DNA from: Sphingobacteriia bacterium
GTDB taxonomy: Bacteria > Bacteroidota > Bacteroidia > Bacteroidales > UBA7960
DNA: 57,572 nucleotides
NCBI GenBank assembly: GCA_041642035.1
Contig: JBEPXC010000002.1
Span: 1-57,572, forward strand
Direction of reading: 5' to 3'
Below the pieces are notes generated by a model that was given only the letters and a program-made list of their open reading frames with translations, ran no database searches and was not told the DNA's origin. This document shows positions 35,700 through 46,224 of the stretch, piece after piece. Position numbers and translations under genes: made by a program. Within the stretch, counting starts at the first letter, position 1, and each line of letters opens with the position of its first letter.

Positions 35700-37097
35700 T
35701 CAATACCCAAGGGTTTTGAGCATTGATTTATAGCTTTGTTCTTTTGCAAACAGCTTTGTAGAATATTCCCCCTCCTCATCACGGTCGATAATAACCATTT
35801 TAGGAGCAGGTATCAAACAGTGTTGTAGGCCACCAAATCCACCCAAACTCTCTTGGTAAGCACCAGTATGAAACATCCCTATGTATTGTGTAGTGCCATC
35901 AATTATCTTAGGAAGAAATACCGCATTGGCATGTGATTCGGCATTGTAATAATCCTGACTGTCGCAAGTGAGACCCCCTATGTTGACCCGTTGATATTCA
36001 TAATCCCAATTGTTGATGGCTAAAAGTATAAAACGTTGTTTCATGGCCCAGATATCGGGAAGGTTGGTCATAAAACTACTGTCGATCATATTCCATAGCT
36101 CCCTGTCGTTTTGTTGTTTTTGATCCAAAATCGAATACAACACGGCACCACTTTCCCCCACCGTAAAGCCACCAAATTCAGTAAAGATATCGGGCTCAGG
36201 AACCTGATTTTGCTGACAGATATTCTTAATCTGTGCCACAATCTCTTCGGTCATATACTCATAATCATATTCAAAGCCCAGAGAGTTCTTAATAGGAAAC
36301 CCGCCACCTATATTGAGGGTATCCAGTTCAGGGCAAATCTTTTTTAAATCACAATAAATATTTACACATTTATGCAATTCATTCCAATAATATGCTGTAT
36401 CTCTTATTCCGGTATTGATAAAGAAGTGCAGCATTTTAAGTTCAAAGGTGGGGTTATCCTTAATCTTTTCAAGGTAAAAAGGGAGAACATCATTATAGCG
36501 AATGCCCAGACGCGAGGTGTAAAACTCAAACATGGGCTCCTCTTCCGATGCAATTCTTATTCCCAGTTTACATTTTTTATCCTTATCGAGTAATTCGTCA
36601 TAGTAGTCAAATTCTCGCTTATTATCGATAACCGGAATGGTGTTAACAAATCCTTCATTGATCAGCTCAGCGATCTTTTGAGTATACAAGGCTTTTTTAA
36701 ACCCGTTGCAAACAATGAATTTATTTTTATCAATAAAACCTGTATTGAAGAGTTCCTCTACTATAAAGATATCAAAAGCGGATGATGTTTCTAGATGTAT
36801 ATCGTTTTTAAGAGCCTCCTCCAGTACATAGGAAAAATGGGAACTCTTCGTGCAATAACAGTAATTATAGGTGCCTTTATAATCCACCTTAGCCATAGCC
36901 ACATGAAAAAGTCTTTTTGCTTTTTGAATTTGCTGACTAATCTTTGGCAAATAACTAATTTTTAACGGAGTACCATATTGCTTAATGATATCCATGAGGC
37001 AGATATCATGAAAATACAACTCATTATCAATTACTTTAAACTCCTCTTGTGGAAATTCAAAAGTTTGTTCAATAAGGTCAAGGTATTTGTTCTTCAT
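35700..37097 (-). CDS. speA: arginine decarboxylase (PLP-dependent Orn/DAP/Arg decarboxylase fold, Bacteroidota-type)
   Basis: 465 aa. The N-terminus MKNKYLDLIEQTFEFPQEEFKV...YGTPLKISYLP matches Bacteroidota SpeA as I recall it. Also NIGGGFP and TCDSQD motifs. Confidence 0.82.
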   Translation of the reverse strand: MKNKYLDLIEQTFEFPQEEFKVIDNELYFHDICLMDIIKQYGTPLKISYLPKISQQIQKAKRLFHVAMAKVDYKGTYNYCYCTKSSHFSYVLEEALKNDIHLETSSAFDIFIVEELFNTGFIDKNKFIVCNGFKKALYTQKIAELINEGFVNTIPVIDNKREFDYYDELLDKDKKCKLGIRIASEEEPMFEFYTSRLGIRYNDVLPFYLEKIKDNPTFELKMLHFFINTGIRDTAYYWNELHKCVNIYCDLKKICPELDTLNIGGGFPIKNSLGFEYDYEYMTEEIVAQIKNICQQNQVPEPDIFTEFGGFTVGESGAVLYSILDQKQQNDRELWNMIDSSFMTNLPDIWAMKQRFILLAINNWDYEYQRVNIGGLTCDSQDYYNAESHANAVFLPKIIDGTTQYIGMFHTGAYQESLGGFGGLQHCLIPAPKMVIIDRDEEGEYSTKLFAKEQSYKSMLKTLGY

Positions 37098-37399
37098 TAT
37101 AATAAAAATTAATCGCAGCCATCTGAAAAACTAAGTGGGTTTAGGTGGGTTAAATGTAGAGATTTTATCAAAACTGGAGTACATTTTCTTCAGATGATCA
37201 TTTACTTTACGTTACGTTACTAATATAAGCTCTTTAAGGTTAAAACACAATTTGCTGCTATAATTGCCTGGTGATTTCCATTGTAAAAGTAAGGTTTTTA
37301 GAGCATTTATTCCAACTTCACTCAAAAGAAACCAATCTTTATGAAAATAAAAAGCATAGTCAGCAGAAATTACTATTGAAGGAAAAGAGAAACAAATCG

Positions 37400-37443
37400 G
37401 CAAAATAAATCAGTCCGGATGACACCTACATTAGATCATCCGG
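37400..37443 (-). terminator. terminator after lepB
   Basis: 8-bp stem ccggatga (37415-37422) / tcatccgg (37436-37443). On the - strand it is followed by actgatttatttt. Lies 62 nt downstream of the lepB stop. Confidence 0.6.
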
Positions 37444-37504
37444 CTCATTTACATTCATCAGATTTTTTAAAAAACACCTATACTTTTCTAACTAAATTCA
37501 TTAA

Positions 37505-39013
37505 TTATCTGATAACACGAAAAGTCTTATCGAACCGGATCTTATCCAGAAAGGTCTTGTTTTTATCCAGCGAAAGCCAAACAAACATTGCTCGTCCTAC
37601 GATATGATCTTCAGGAACAAAGCCCCAGTATCGTGAATCGGCAGAATTATGACGATTATCACCAACCAGCCAATAATAATTCATTTTAAAGGTATATTGG
37701 TCAACTATTTCGCCGTTGATGTATATCTTATCGCCAATAATATCGAGTGAGTTGCCTTCGTAAGCTTCGATGATTCGTCGCCATAACATTATATTATCTA
37801 CATTTATATCAACAACAGCACCTTTTTTAGGAATATACAGGGGACCAAAGTTATCTTCATTCCATGGATAGTTTTCATGATAGGGGAAGATATGTTTTTC
37901 ATGATAATTGGCCGGTTTAATAATCTTTTTGGTGCTAGTAACAATATTCTCCTCCAGGAGTAATTCGGCAACTTCCTCACTCATCGGGATGATATATTCA
38001 GAATTGCTGATCATCCTGGCTTCTGTAATATCAAGTCTGTCGAGTATTCTGGGATGTAATCGGGATCCATTGGTTATAACATGGTAATTATGTTGCACAT
38101 TCCCCTCGAAGGGTATAGATACGCCATTTATAAGTACCTCACCATCTACAATATGCAATGTATCGCCAGGGATGCCAACGCTTCTTTTAATAAAATTTTC
38201 TCTTTTATCAACCGGACGAGCCGTAATTTCGCCAAATCTTTCAGGATCCTGCCATATGGCTTCTCGACCATATTCCCGTACAAGACTATGATAACTCACA
38301 TTACTCTGCAACTCAACACTGAGTGTGTCTCCGTCGGGATAGTTAAACACAACCACATCATTGTTCTTTATGGTTCTCAATCCGGGAAATCTGTAATAGG
38401 GCAAGCGCGGCCATTCAAGATACGATTTAACGGATTTGGTAAGAGGCATAGTATGATGGGCAAAGGGAAATGCAATGGGGGTTAGAGGAACTCTGGGCCC
38501 ATAGCTTAACTTGCTCACAAATAGATAATCGCCTACGAGCAATGTCTTCTCCATAGAGGAGGTAGGAATCGTATACGCCTCAATAAAAAAGGTTCTGATG
38601 ATGGTGGCAGCAATAACGGCAAAAATCATCGCATCAGCCCATTCCCTCATTCCGCTCTTTTTCACCTGGGGCAATTTGTCGGGATGCGTATATTTTTCGT
38701 TGGGTGCAAAGCCAAGATAGGGCAGAAAAAGAAATGGGAAAAGAACCCCCAGGGCTTGTTCGCCAAGTCCATCTTTTCTGAAACATTTTAAGGTTTCAAC
38801 CACCATCAACAACAGAGTGAAAACATTGATGTAAGGGAAAAGAATAAAAATATACCACCACATGGGTTTGTTTATTACCTTCAACCAAACATAGAAATTA
38901 TAGAAGGGGATGATGGCGTGCCAGCCGGGTTTACCTGCTTTTTCAAAAATACCCCATAAGCCTGCAGCACTCAGCAGCAAAAATAAAATGCTTAAAATCA
39001 TGTATATACTCAT
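37505..39013 (-). CDS. lepB: signal peptidase I with N-terminal DUF5684-like membrane domain
   Basis: 502 aa. N-terminal GLWGIFEKAGKPGWHAIIPFYNFYVWLK, the S26 catalytic Ser box IPTSSMEKTLLVGDYLFVSK, and box E GDNRHNSADSRYWGFVPEDHIVGRA. Confidence 0.9.
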   Translation of the reverse strand: MSIYMILSILFLLLSAAGLWGIFEKAGKPGWHAIIPFYNFYVWLKVINKPMWWYIFILFPYINVFTLLLMVVETLKCFRKDGLGEQALGVLFPFLFLPYLGFAPNEKYTHPDKLPQVKKSGMREWADAMIFAVIAATIIRTFFIEAYTIPTSSMEKTLLVGDYLFVSKLSYGPRVPLTPIAFPFAHHTMPLTKSVKSYLEWPRLPYYRFPGLRTIKNNDVVVFNYPDGDTLSVELQSNVSYHSLVREYGREAIWQDPERFGEITARPVDKRENFIKRSVGIPGDTLHIVDGEVLINGVSIPFEGNVQHNYHVITNGSRLHPRILDRLDITEARMISNSEYIIPMSEEVAELLLEENIVTSTKKIIKPANYHEKHIFPYHENYPWNEDNFGPLYIPKKGAVVDINVDNIMLWRRIIEAYEGNSLDIIGDKIYINGEIVDQYTFKMNYYWLVGDNRHNSADSRYWGFVPEDHIVGRAMFVWLSLDKNKTFLDKIRFDKTFRVIR

Positions 39014-39027
39014 ATTGTCCTTCTAAA

Positions 39028-39759
39028 TTAAAGTTTTAATAAATCATTCATAGTAAAAACGCCCTTTTTATCAAGCAGCCATCGGGCAGCCATAAGTGCT
39101 CCTCTGGCAAATCCTTCGCGATTGTTGGCCTTATGTTCAATAGATATAGAATCAATATCTGATGCGTAAGTCAACTGATGGGTTCCGGTTACAGCTTCTA
39201 TTCGATGAGCATTCACAGCTATTTCACCCTCTCCGGGATTCTGGTTAGCGAATTTCCAACTATCGAAAGAAGGATGTATACGCATAACATCTTCGAGCAT
39301 GCTGAGCGCTGTTCCACTGGGAGCATCCAGCTTCTGTGTATGATGAATTTCATCAAGAATAATCTTATATTCAGGATATCGACTCATTAATTGGGCCAGA
39401 TAACGATTGAGTGCAAAAAACAAATTTACACCAATACTGAAGTTAGACGCATAAAAAACACTTCCATTACTTTTGCTACAATATTGCTTAATATCCTCCA
39501 GGTGTTGCATCCAGCCTGTGGTACCGGTCACTACAGGTACCTGCATATCCATTAGTTTCTTAAGGTTATCGGTTACAACTTCAGGAGAGGTAAATTCAAT
39601 GGCTACATCCACTTGTCTCAACTGATCATGATAGGTTTGCCAATGCTGGGGCAGATCAACTATCACTTTTACTTCACAACCGGCAGCAGGAGCATATTTT
39701 TCGATTTCATGACCCATTTTCCCGTAGCCGATAATTGCAATGTTTATTGGTTTGTTCAT
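39028..39759 (-). CDS. dapB: 4-hydroxy-tetrahydrodipicolinate reductase
   Basis: Start at the internal Met (MNKPINIAIIGYGKMGHEI, 243 aa), which avoids overlap with the upstream gene. Active-site motif EIHHTQKLDAPSGTA. Confidence 0.93.
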   Translation of the reverse strand: MNKPINIAIIGYGKMGHEIEKYAPAAGCEVKVIVDLPQHWQTYHDQLRQVDVAIEFTSPEVVTDNLKKLMDMQVPVVTGTTGWMQHLEDIKQYCSKSNGSVFYASNFSIGVNLFFALNRYLAQLMSRYPEYKIILDEIHHTQKLDAPSGTALSMLEDVMRIHPSFDSWKFANQNPGEGEIAVNAHRIEAVTGTHQLTYASDIDSISIEHKANNREGFARGALMAARWLLDKKGVFTMNDLLKL

Positions 39760-39769
39760 GTAAGAAGAA

Positions 39770-40519
39770 TTAAAAACGAAAAGATAAGGTAATTCCCGCA
39801 GATGAGCCCTGAGAAAATCCATTGTTAAGGTCTGTAGGCATTATTGTTGGCATTAACTTCATGCTTAAATTCTCACCAACATCAAAATCAAGCAAATGTG
39901 CATCAACGGTAGCATCCAAAATGTTAAGCACATAAACTGCTGCGGCGACAATATAGGTCAATTCAAGATTACGACGATAATAATTGGTTGCACGAAGGAG
40001 CACGTCGGTAGATCTGTTTGGAAATTCATCCGTGGTGTTGGGATTACCATCCACACGAGCTACCCATGCGCGGCGAAATCGTTGATAGTTGGTATTGTTA
40101 AAATTCAGGGCATATGCCACCCCGGCGTATGTTGCATATATAATGGGCACTTTCCAGTATTTCCCATTGTAAATCTGTCCCAATCCCGGCAGAGTGGCAG
40201 AAAGCATGGTTGCCTTTAAGGGCGAATGCTCCATAGGAGTTGTTGAGCCCATCAAAACAGAATCGCTGGTGACAATTAATGCACCGGGTGGTTCAGCAAA
40301 ATTACCGTTATACAGGCTATCCGATGCAAGGGTATCAACTTCAAGGTATTGACGGTTCAACACATCGGGATTGATAGTATCTTGTGCCCGTGCCTTATGG
40401 TGGGTTAGAAAGCCCACTGTTAAAAGGCATAAACCTGCCAACAGCTTTGCATCACTCCAAAAGGAATACCTAAAAGCCTGCCCGGAGGCAACGAAAGCCG
40501 TTACAGGATTCATTGTCAA
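39770..40519 (-). CDS. DUF5683-family membrane protein
   Basis: 249 aa. LSATLPGLGQIYNGKYWKVPIIYA motif. Holds the conserved Bacteroidota position directly after parB. Confidence 0.72.
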   Translation of the reverse strand: MTMNPVTAFVASGQAFRYSFWSDAKLLAGLCLLTVGFLTHHKARAQDTINPDVLNRQYLEVDTLASDSLYNGNFAEPPGALIVTSDSVLMGSTTPMEHSPLKATMLSATLPGLGQIYNGKYWKVPIIYATYAGVAYALNFNNTNYQRFRRAWVARVDGNPNTTDEFPNRSTDVLLRATNYYRRNLELTYIVAAAVYVLNILDATVDAHLLDFDVGENLSMKLMPTIMPTDLNNGFSQGSSAGITLSFRF

Positions 40520-41434
40520 TTAATCTTGTTGTTGAACCAGTTTCAGGATACGCTCCAAATCTTCACCGGAAGAAAAGTTTATTACCAGTGATCCTTTGCC
40601 ATCATTACGGGTCTTAATCTGCACCTTTGAACCATAGAAAGATGAAAGCGACTTCTGAAGTTCGTCATATTTGGCACCATCGGGTTTTTCAATGATGGGT
40701 TTGCCGGGTGTTACTTTCTCGTCCTGATGATCTTCATTAATATTTTTCACAATTTCTTCCACATCTCTTACAGAGAGGCCTTGGGCTATAACATCCTGAT
40801 AAATCTCCAGTTGTGTTTGCACATGGCTCACCGAAAGTAATGATCTGGCATGACCGGTAGATATGAGTTCCTGACGGAGGCCGATTTGAATCTCTGCGGG
40901 TAATTTGAGCAAGCGCAGTTGATTGGTTATTGAAGATCTGGCTTTTCCGAGCCTTTCTGCCAGCATTTCCTGGGTAAGCTTGCAATCTTCAATAAGTTGC
41001 TGATAGCCAAGAGCAATCTCCATGGGGTTTAGGTTCTCACGTTGAATATTCTCAACGATGGCCATTTCGCGCATTTCCTGATCATTGGCGCTGCGGATAT
41101 AGGCGGGAATGGTGTTGAGACCGGCGAGTTGAGCGGCCTTACACCGTCTTTCTCCGGAGATAAGCTGGAACTTTCCTTCATCAGCTTTCCTTACGGTTAC
41201 GGGTTGTATAACGCCCTGTTCTTTAATGGAAATGGACAACTCCTCTAATGCCTGCTGGTCGAAATCGGTTCGTGGCTGAAAGGGATTGCTCTGAATCAGC
41301 TCTAAGGGTACATGGGCAACGGTGCCCACAGCATGAAGATCTACTTCGATATCATATTGAGGTTGTATTTCTGACGATGGTGTATCAAGTAAGGCTCCTA
41401 AGCCTCTTCCCAGTGCTCTCTTTTTAGCGTTCAT
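40520..41434 (-). CDS. parB: chromosome partitioning protein ParB/Spo0J
   Basis: 304 aa. IQSNPFQPR, the GERRCKAAQLAG box and an HTH segment. Overlaps the parA stop by 11 nt. Confidence 0.93.
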   Translation of the reverse strand: MNAKKRALGRGLGALLDTPSSEIQPQYDIEVDLHAVGTVAHVPLELIQSNPFQPRTDFDQQALEELSISIKEQGVIQPVTVRKADEGKFQLISGERRCKAAQLAGLNTIPAYIRSANDQEMREMAIVENIQRENLNPMEIALGYQQLIEDCKLTQEMLAERLGKARSSITNQLRLLKLPAEIQIGLRQELISTGHARSLLSVSHVQTQLEIYQDVIAQGLSVRDVEEIVKNINEDHQDEKVTPGKPIIEKPDGAKYDELQKSLSSFYGSKVQIKTRNDGKGSLVINFSSGEDLERILKLVQQQD

Positions 41435-42239
41435 TTTCTATATTAATATTTTTTTCAGACTCGTCGATTTTTGTGAGGTTGTTATTCTGTAAGATTTCTC
41501 TTGCCAGATTAAGATAGTTTATTGCTCCACGGCTTAAGGCGTCATGCATAATTATGGTTTCACCAAAACTGGGAGCTTCACCTAACTTGGTGTTGCGCTG
41601 GATGATGGTTTCAAATACCAAATCCTGGAAATGTGTTCGGACTTCTTCAACGACCTGGTTGGATAGCCTCAATCTATTGTCATACATGGTGAGCAGTATA
41701 CCTTCGATCTCCAGGTTTAGATTAAGACGTGATTGAACAATTTTTATTGTATTGAGTAATTTGCCCAATCCTTCCAGGGCAAAATATTCACATTGTACAG
41801 GAACAATAACAGAGTCGCTTGCTGTAAGCGCATTAACCGTAATAAGGCCCAACGATGGCGAACAATCAATGAGTACAAACTCATAATCATCCTTTACACT
41901 ATCTATGACCTTTTTCATTACCATTTCTCTGTTGGGCATATTGATCATTTCAATTTCGGCACCTACAAGGTCGATGTGCGCAGGAATAAGATCAAGATTT
42001 GGAGTGGTGGTGTTGAGTAAAATGTCTTTTGGATTAACATCATCAATGATGCATTCATAAATGCTTGTTTTAATAACCTTTGGGTCGAATCCCACCCCGG
42101 AGGTGGCATTGGCTTGTGGGTCTGCATCAATCAGCAACGTGCGGTACTCTAATACAGCCAGGCTTGCTGCAAGATTAATTGCGGTGGTGGTTTTTCCTAC
42201 TCCTCCTTTTTGATTTGCGATAGAAATGACTTTACTCAT
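41424..42239 (-). CDS. parA: chromosome partitioning ATPase ParA/Soj
   Basis: Start at the internal Met gives MSKVISIANQKGGVGKTTTAINLA (deviant Walker A), 271 aa. Confidence 0.95.
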   Translation of the reverse strand: MSKVISIANQKGGVGKTTTAINLAASLAVLEYRTLLIDADPQANATSGVGFDPKVIKTSIYECIIDDVNPKDILLNTTTPNLDLIPAHIDLVGAEIEMINMPNREMVMKKVIDSVKDDYEFVLIDCSPSLGLITVNALTASDSVIVPVQCEYFALEGLGKLLNTIKIVQSRLNLNLEIEGILLTMYDNRLRLSNQVVEEVRTHFQDLVFETIIQRNTKLGEAPSFGETIIMHDALSRGAINYLNLAREILQNNNLTKIDESEKNINIENER

Positions 42240-42341
42240 AAGGTTATATGTATTTAAAGTGTAGATGGTTTTTCTTAGAAATAGTGGCCCTTGAGAAAAT
42301 TGCAATGCCGCAACTTAAAATGGCAATGTTTCAAACAGCTG

Positions 42342-42349
42342 CAAATTTA
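42342..42349 (-). promoter_or_regulatory. -7 box candidate (TAAATTTG) for parA operon
   Basis: The reverse complement of caaattta matches TAnnTTTG. Lies ~100 nt upstream of the parA ATG. Confidence 0.3.
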
Positions 42350-42427
42350 CAACTTATAAGTGCTTGGTTGCGCATTTTTTTAAAAAAATCAAGAATGACA
42401 GTTATACGCACGTAAACGCCTTTTGCT

Positions 42428-42466
42428 AATAAAAAAGAGTTGAAACGCAAAGGATTCAACTCTTTA
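42428..42466 (-). terminator. rho-independent terminator after the DUF3276 gene
   Basis: 10-bp stem aagagttgaa (42435-42444) / ttcaactctt (42455-42464). On the - strand it is followed by tttttatt. Confidence 0.75.
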
Positions 42467-42509
42467 GAGACATAAAATTACTTTATATTCACTTAAATGG
42501 CATCTAATT

Positions 42510-42896
42510 TCAATCATCAGGGTCATTATCTTTATTATCTCCTAAGTCTTCAAAATTGATATTGGTAAATTCATTCTCTTTTTTTCTGAGTTCTTCTTCT
42601 TCCATCTCTTTGAGATAGGACTCGGGAATTTTTCCGGTCTTCACAAATTCAAAGGACTGAGTTAATCCTGTATAGAATTTCTGGAAATCTTCCTGATAAA
42701 GAAACAACTTATGTTTTTCATAGAAGAATTTGCCGGTTTGCTGATCAAAACGCTTCTTGCTTTCGGTAATTGTCAGATAGTTTTCGCCTGACCGCGTAGA
42801 TTTAACATCGAAGAAATAAGTCCTTTTCCCTGCTCTCACCGCCTTTGAAAACAACTCATCATTGTTGTAATTTTTTCCTGAATCTTCCATACTCAT
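42510..42896 (-). CDS. PUR-like DNA/RNA-binding protein (DUF3276)
   Basis: 128 aa. ELFSKAVRAGKRTYFFDVKSTRSGENYLTITESKK and FFYEKHKLFLYQEDF repeats typical of the bacterial Pur-alpha-like family, with an acidic tail. Confidence 0.8.
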   Translation of the reverse strand: MSMEDSGKNYNNDELFSKAVRAGKRTYFFDVKSTRSGENYLTITESKKRFDQQTGKFFYEKHKLFLYQEDFQKFYTGLTQSFEFVKTGKIPESYLKEMEEEELRKKENEFTNINFEDLGDNKDNDPDD

Positions 42897-42923
42897 AATA
42901 ATATCTCCTATTTAATTTGTTCG

Positions 42924-42931
42924 CAAAAATA
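42924..42931 (-). promoter_or_regulatory. -7 box candidate (TATTTTTG) for the DUF3276 gene
   Basis: The reverse complement of caaaaata matches TAnnTTTG. Lies 28 nt upstream of the ATG. Confidence 0.35.
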
Positions 42932-43308
42932 TAAAAAGTTTTTTCAAGCTAAACGTAATTAAAGAAAACAATTCTTAAAATGACTTGAAAAAATGCCTGT
43001 AATCAAATGTAAAAAATATAAAGTGAATAAAAAAGCCTATCATCCCGAATCCAAAAGCTTTAACATGATTTTGGGATTTAGGCAAAACACAAGGGCTTCT
43101 GGTTTAAAAATAACTGTTATGCATCTAATTTATTTTGCAGCACCGAAAAGTTTTTAAAAATGAATTACTTTTGCATTGTTTTTCAGTAACAAAACTGAAG
43201 GAATTTTTTATCGCTATCATTAAAATTTATTTATCAACACCATCAATAAAATTCATTCAGACTAAAAATCTGACATTTTCGTTCCTTACAAAAGTTTGAA
43301 TACACCTT

Positions 43309-44247
43309 ATGTTAAACAGAAGGCATTTACGCGTAAAAGTTCTGCAAAGCCTGTATGCATTTTTCCAATCAGGCAATACCTCACTTAATGCCGGAGAAAA
43401 GGAGTTGCTATTTGGTATTGAAAAGATCTATGATCTTTATCTTTATCAGTTGAGCCTTATCATTGGCATTGGAGATCAGGCCCGCCGTATTACTGAAGAA
43501 AATAAGCTCAAAAAAATACCTTCCGCCGATGATTTAATTCCCAATACCCGGTTTGTAAATAATAAATGCCTGGTAGCTATTGCCAACAGCATTGAATTAC
43601 AGACCAAGCTTGAGAAGAGAAAAATCTCCTGGAGTCATGAGCCGGAAATTCCCAGAAAACTGTTCATGCAATTTAGAGATACCAATACATATGCAGAATA
43701 CATGCAAAAAAGTGAGAATACTTTTGAGCATGACCGCGAGTTGATTCTTAAATTACTCAAGAATCACATCTGTGAGTATGAATTGCTGCATTATTTTTAT
43801 GAAGAAAGATCAATCTATTGGCTCGACGACTGGGAGTTGATCAATAAGATGATCATCAAAAACATAAAATCGATGGAAGAAGGCAGGGAAGATCAAGGTT
43901 TCACCCCGATGAATCTTTATAAAGACCTCGATGACCGGAGGTTTGCTATAGACCTCTTTCATAAGACTATCCTCAACGACAAGGAATTTTCTCCCATGAT
44001 TGCCGCTAAGACCAAAAATTGGGATATTGAAAGAATTGCATTGATGGATATCATCATTATGAAAATGGCTCTTACTGAAATCATTAAATTCCCTGAGATT
44101 CCGGTAAAAGTTTCTTTAAACGAATACATAGAGCTATCCAAAATGTACAGCACACCCAAAAGTAAGGTTTTTGTCAATGGCGTGTTGGATAAGTTGGTTG
44201 AAGAATTGATAAACAATAAAAAGATTTCAAAAGTAACCGGTAAATAG
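43309..44247 (+). CDS. nusB: transcription antitermination factor NusB (long Bacteroidota form)
   Basis: 312 aa. N-terminal RRHLRVKVLQSLYAF and C-terminal NusB fold (WDIERIALMDIIIMKMALTE ... FVNGVLDK). Confidence 0.85.
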   Translation: MLNRRHLRVKVLQSLYAFFQSGNTSLNAGEKELLFGIEKIYDLYLYQLSLIIGIGDQARRITEENKLKKIPSADDLIPNTRFVNNKCLVAIANSIELQTKLEKRKISWSHEPEIPRKLFMQFRDTNTYAEYMQKSENTFEHDRELILKLLKNHICEYELLHYFYEERSIYWLDDWELINKMIIKNIKSMEEGREDQGFTPMNLYKDLDDRRFAIDLFHKTILNDKEFSPMIAAKTKNWDIERIALMDIIIMKMALTEIIKFPEIPVKVSLNEYIELSKMYSTPKSKVFVNGVLDKLVEELINNKKISKVTGK

Positions 44248-44253
44248 CATTAT

Positions 44254-44673
44254 ATGACAAAGATTCTTTTTATGAGTTTTATACTCTTTTCTCTACTTTC
44301 CTGTTCGCAGCAACAGAAAAAAGAAACCTCGGCCAAAGAAAACAATGGCGCTAACACAGCCTCTGAAATAAGCTTTGAAAAAACCGAACACAATTTCAAT
44401 AAAATAATTACCGGAGAAAGAGTGGAATACTCTTTTCGTTTTACAAATACCGGAAATGCGCCACTTATTATTACCGGTGTGCGCAGCGGTTGTGGTTGTA
44501 CAGTGGGAGATTATCCAAAAGATCCCCTACAGCCCGGAGAGGAAGGCAAAATCAAAGTTGTTTTCAATTCGTCAGGAAGAAGAGGATTCCAGTCACAATC
44601 CGTAAGAATTCTCAACAACACGCAAGAGTCTACTGTAACCTTGCGCATTACAGCAGAAGTTATTGAACAATAA
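44254..44673 (+). CDS. DUF1573 lipoprotein
   Basis: Lipobox LLSCSQ. FEKTEHNFNKIITGERVEYSFRFTNTGNAPLIITGVRSGCGCTV. Confidence 0.8.
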   Translation: MTKILFMSFILFSLLSCSQQQKKETSAKENNGANTASEISFEKTEHNFNKIITGERVEYSFRFTNTGNAPLIITGVRSGCGCTVGDYPKDPLQPGEEGKIKVVFNSSGRRGFQSQSVRILNNTQESTVTLRITAEVIEQ

Positions 44674-44714
44674 TTAATTATTCAACCAGTTATTACAATT
44701 TTTAAATTTTTATT

Positions 44715-45047
44715 ATGATGACATTAACAAACATTCTTTTAGCTGCTCAGCCTGCAGAAGGTGGCAGTAGTTTCACCACATTCATTCCCCTTTTGCTCAT
44801 AATTGTGGTTTTTTACCTGTTTTTTATTCGCCCACAATTGAAAAAGCAAAAAGAAACCAGAAAATTTAGGGAAGCGCTGAAAAAAGGAGATAAGATTATC
44901 ACTATTGGTGGTATTCATGGTCGCATTGTAGAAGTACAGGAAAAAACTTTTACCATAGAGGTTGCACCAGAGATAAAATTAAGAATTGAAAGAACAGCTG
45001 TGGCTATGGACGGTGCCCAGGAACAGCAATTAGCTGAAAACAAGTAA
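44715..45047 (+). CDS. yajC: preprotein translocase subunit YajC
   Basis: 110 aa. One TM helix, then FFIRPQLKKQKE...LKKGDKIITIGGIHGRIVEV. Confidence 0.9.
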   Translation: MMTLTNILLAAQPAEGGSSFTTFIPLLLIIVVFYLFFIRPQLKKQKETRKFREALKKGDKIITIGGIHGRIVEVQEKTFTIEVAPEIKLRIERTAVAMDGAQEQQLAENK

Positions 45048-45110
45048 GAAAACTATTACCTGACCATCTCCCGGCTTACATCGGGAGATGGCTTTTTTTT
45101 AAAATAACCC

Positions 45111-46112
45111 ATGAATCTCAAAATATGGACATATCCAGGTAACAATCCAAGAACCCGTAGCAAAGCATTTACTTTTTTTCTTTGCCTGGTCTTTAGTTTT
45201 ACAGCCTGGCTTTCGATAAAACTCTCAAAGGAAACTACCATGGTTCTTCCTGTTGAATTGTCCATTACAAACCTTCCCACCAACCTTATTTTTACCCATT
45301 TCTCCGATTCTACCTTTGCCTTTTCCTTGCAAACAACAGGAATCAGAATGCTTTCCAGTCCAAACCGGGGTAAGCAAGCTCTTGAAATCGATTTTGCAAC
45401 CCTACAGAAGCTACGGGGCGATGTAGAGAATGTGTATTTCTACACCGCTTCACAGGCTGAAACGAAATACTCCTTACTCAACGAAATTCCACGCGCCAAC
45501 GTCAACGCACACCCCGATACCATTTTCCTTACTGCAACAAACGCCTTTCGAAAAAGAGTTCCGGTAGTAGCCCAACTGGCAATCAATTACCGGCGGGGAT
45601 TTATGTTATATAATTTTCCTTTAGTCACTCCCGACTCCGTTTATGTTAGTGGACCCGAATCATTAAAAGACTCCGTAAAACTTATCAACACAGAGTTGAT
45701 TCAGGCAGATAATGTTGACAAAAACCTTCAAATGGTGGCCTCTCTCATCAATCCCTTACCCAATAACCGGATTAAAATATCACGCACCCAGGTAGAAGTG
45801 CAGGTACCTGTTGAGGAATTTACAGAAGCCACCGTTGAACTCCCTTTGGAAATTAATTGTCCGGATATAGACAGGCATTTCCCCGAGAGTAAAATATTGC
45901 TCTTTCCTGAAAACGTAGACATTCATTACCTGGTAGCGCTTAAAGATATAAAAACCATCACCCCTGACATGTTTAAGATTACCGTTCAATGTCCGGATAC
46001 TGCGGCACAGGGAAAATCCAGATTACCGATATTGGTTACAGAACATCCCGGACTGGTGGATATCATCAGAGCACGGCCTCCCGATGTAGAATATGTTTGG
46101 ATAAAGAACTAA
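45111..46112 (+). CDS. YbbR-like domain protein
   Basis: 333 aa with an N-terminal TM helix and repeated beta-rich modules. Called mainly from the conserved Bacteroidota order nusB-DUF1573-yajC-YbbR-like-coaE. Confidence 0.55.
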   Translation: MNLKIWTYPGNNPRTRSKAFTFFLCLVFSFTAWLSIKLSKETTMVLPVELSITNLPTNLIFTHFSDSTFAFSLQTTGIRMLSSPNRGKQALEIDFATLQKLRGDVENVYFYTASQAETKYSLLNEIPRANVNAHPDTIFLTATNAFRKRVPVVAQLAINYRRGFMLYNFPLVTPDSVYVSGPESLKDSVKLINTELIQADNVDKNLQMVASLINPLPNNRIKISRTQVEVQVPVEEFTEATVELPLEINCPDIDRHFPESKILLFPENVDIHYLVALKDIKTITPDMFKITVQCPDTAAQGKSRLPILVTEHPGLVDIIRARPPDVEYVWIKN

Positions 46113-46224
46113 AAGCACCATCAGAAATCGGTATCAGCAGCCCCTCTCTTATCCCAGCAGAGATATCAATCCCAAAAGCAAATATTCTCATTATAGATTA
46201 ACTAACATTTTTAACCCTATTATT

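Noticed and set aside
37505-39013. LepB with an extra N-terminal membrane domain as a novel fusion
   Set aside because: As far as I recall this fusion is the normal form of signal peptidase I in Bacteroidota. The long-insert IspG (24144-25991) and long NusB (43309-44247) are likewise phylum-typical.
42327-42337. parS-like sequence near parA (tgtttcaaaca), and tgttgccacgtgaaatca at 22176-22193
   Set aside because: The first lacks the central CACGTG of the TGTTTCACGTGAAACA consensus. The second matches only about 10 of 16 positions and lies inside a CDS. I found no convincing parS by eye, so a proper pattern search is needed.
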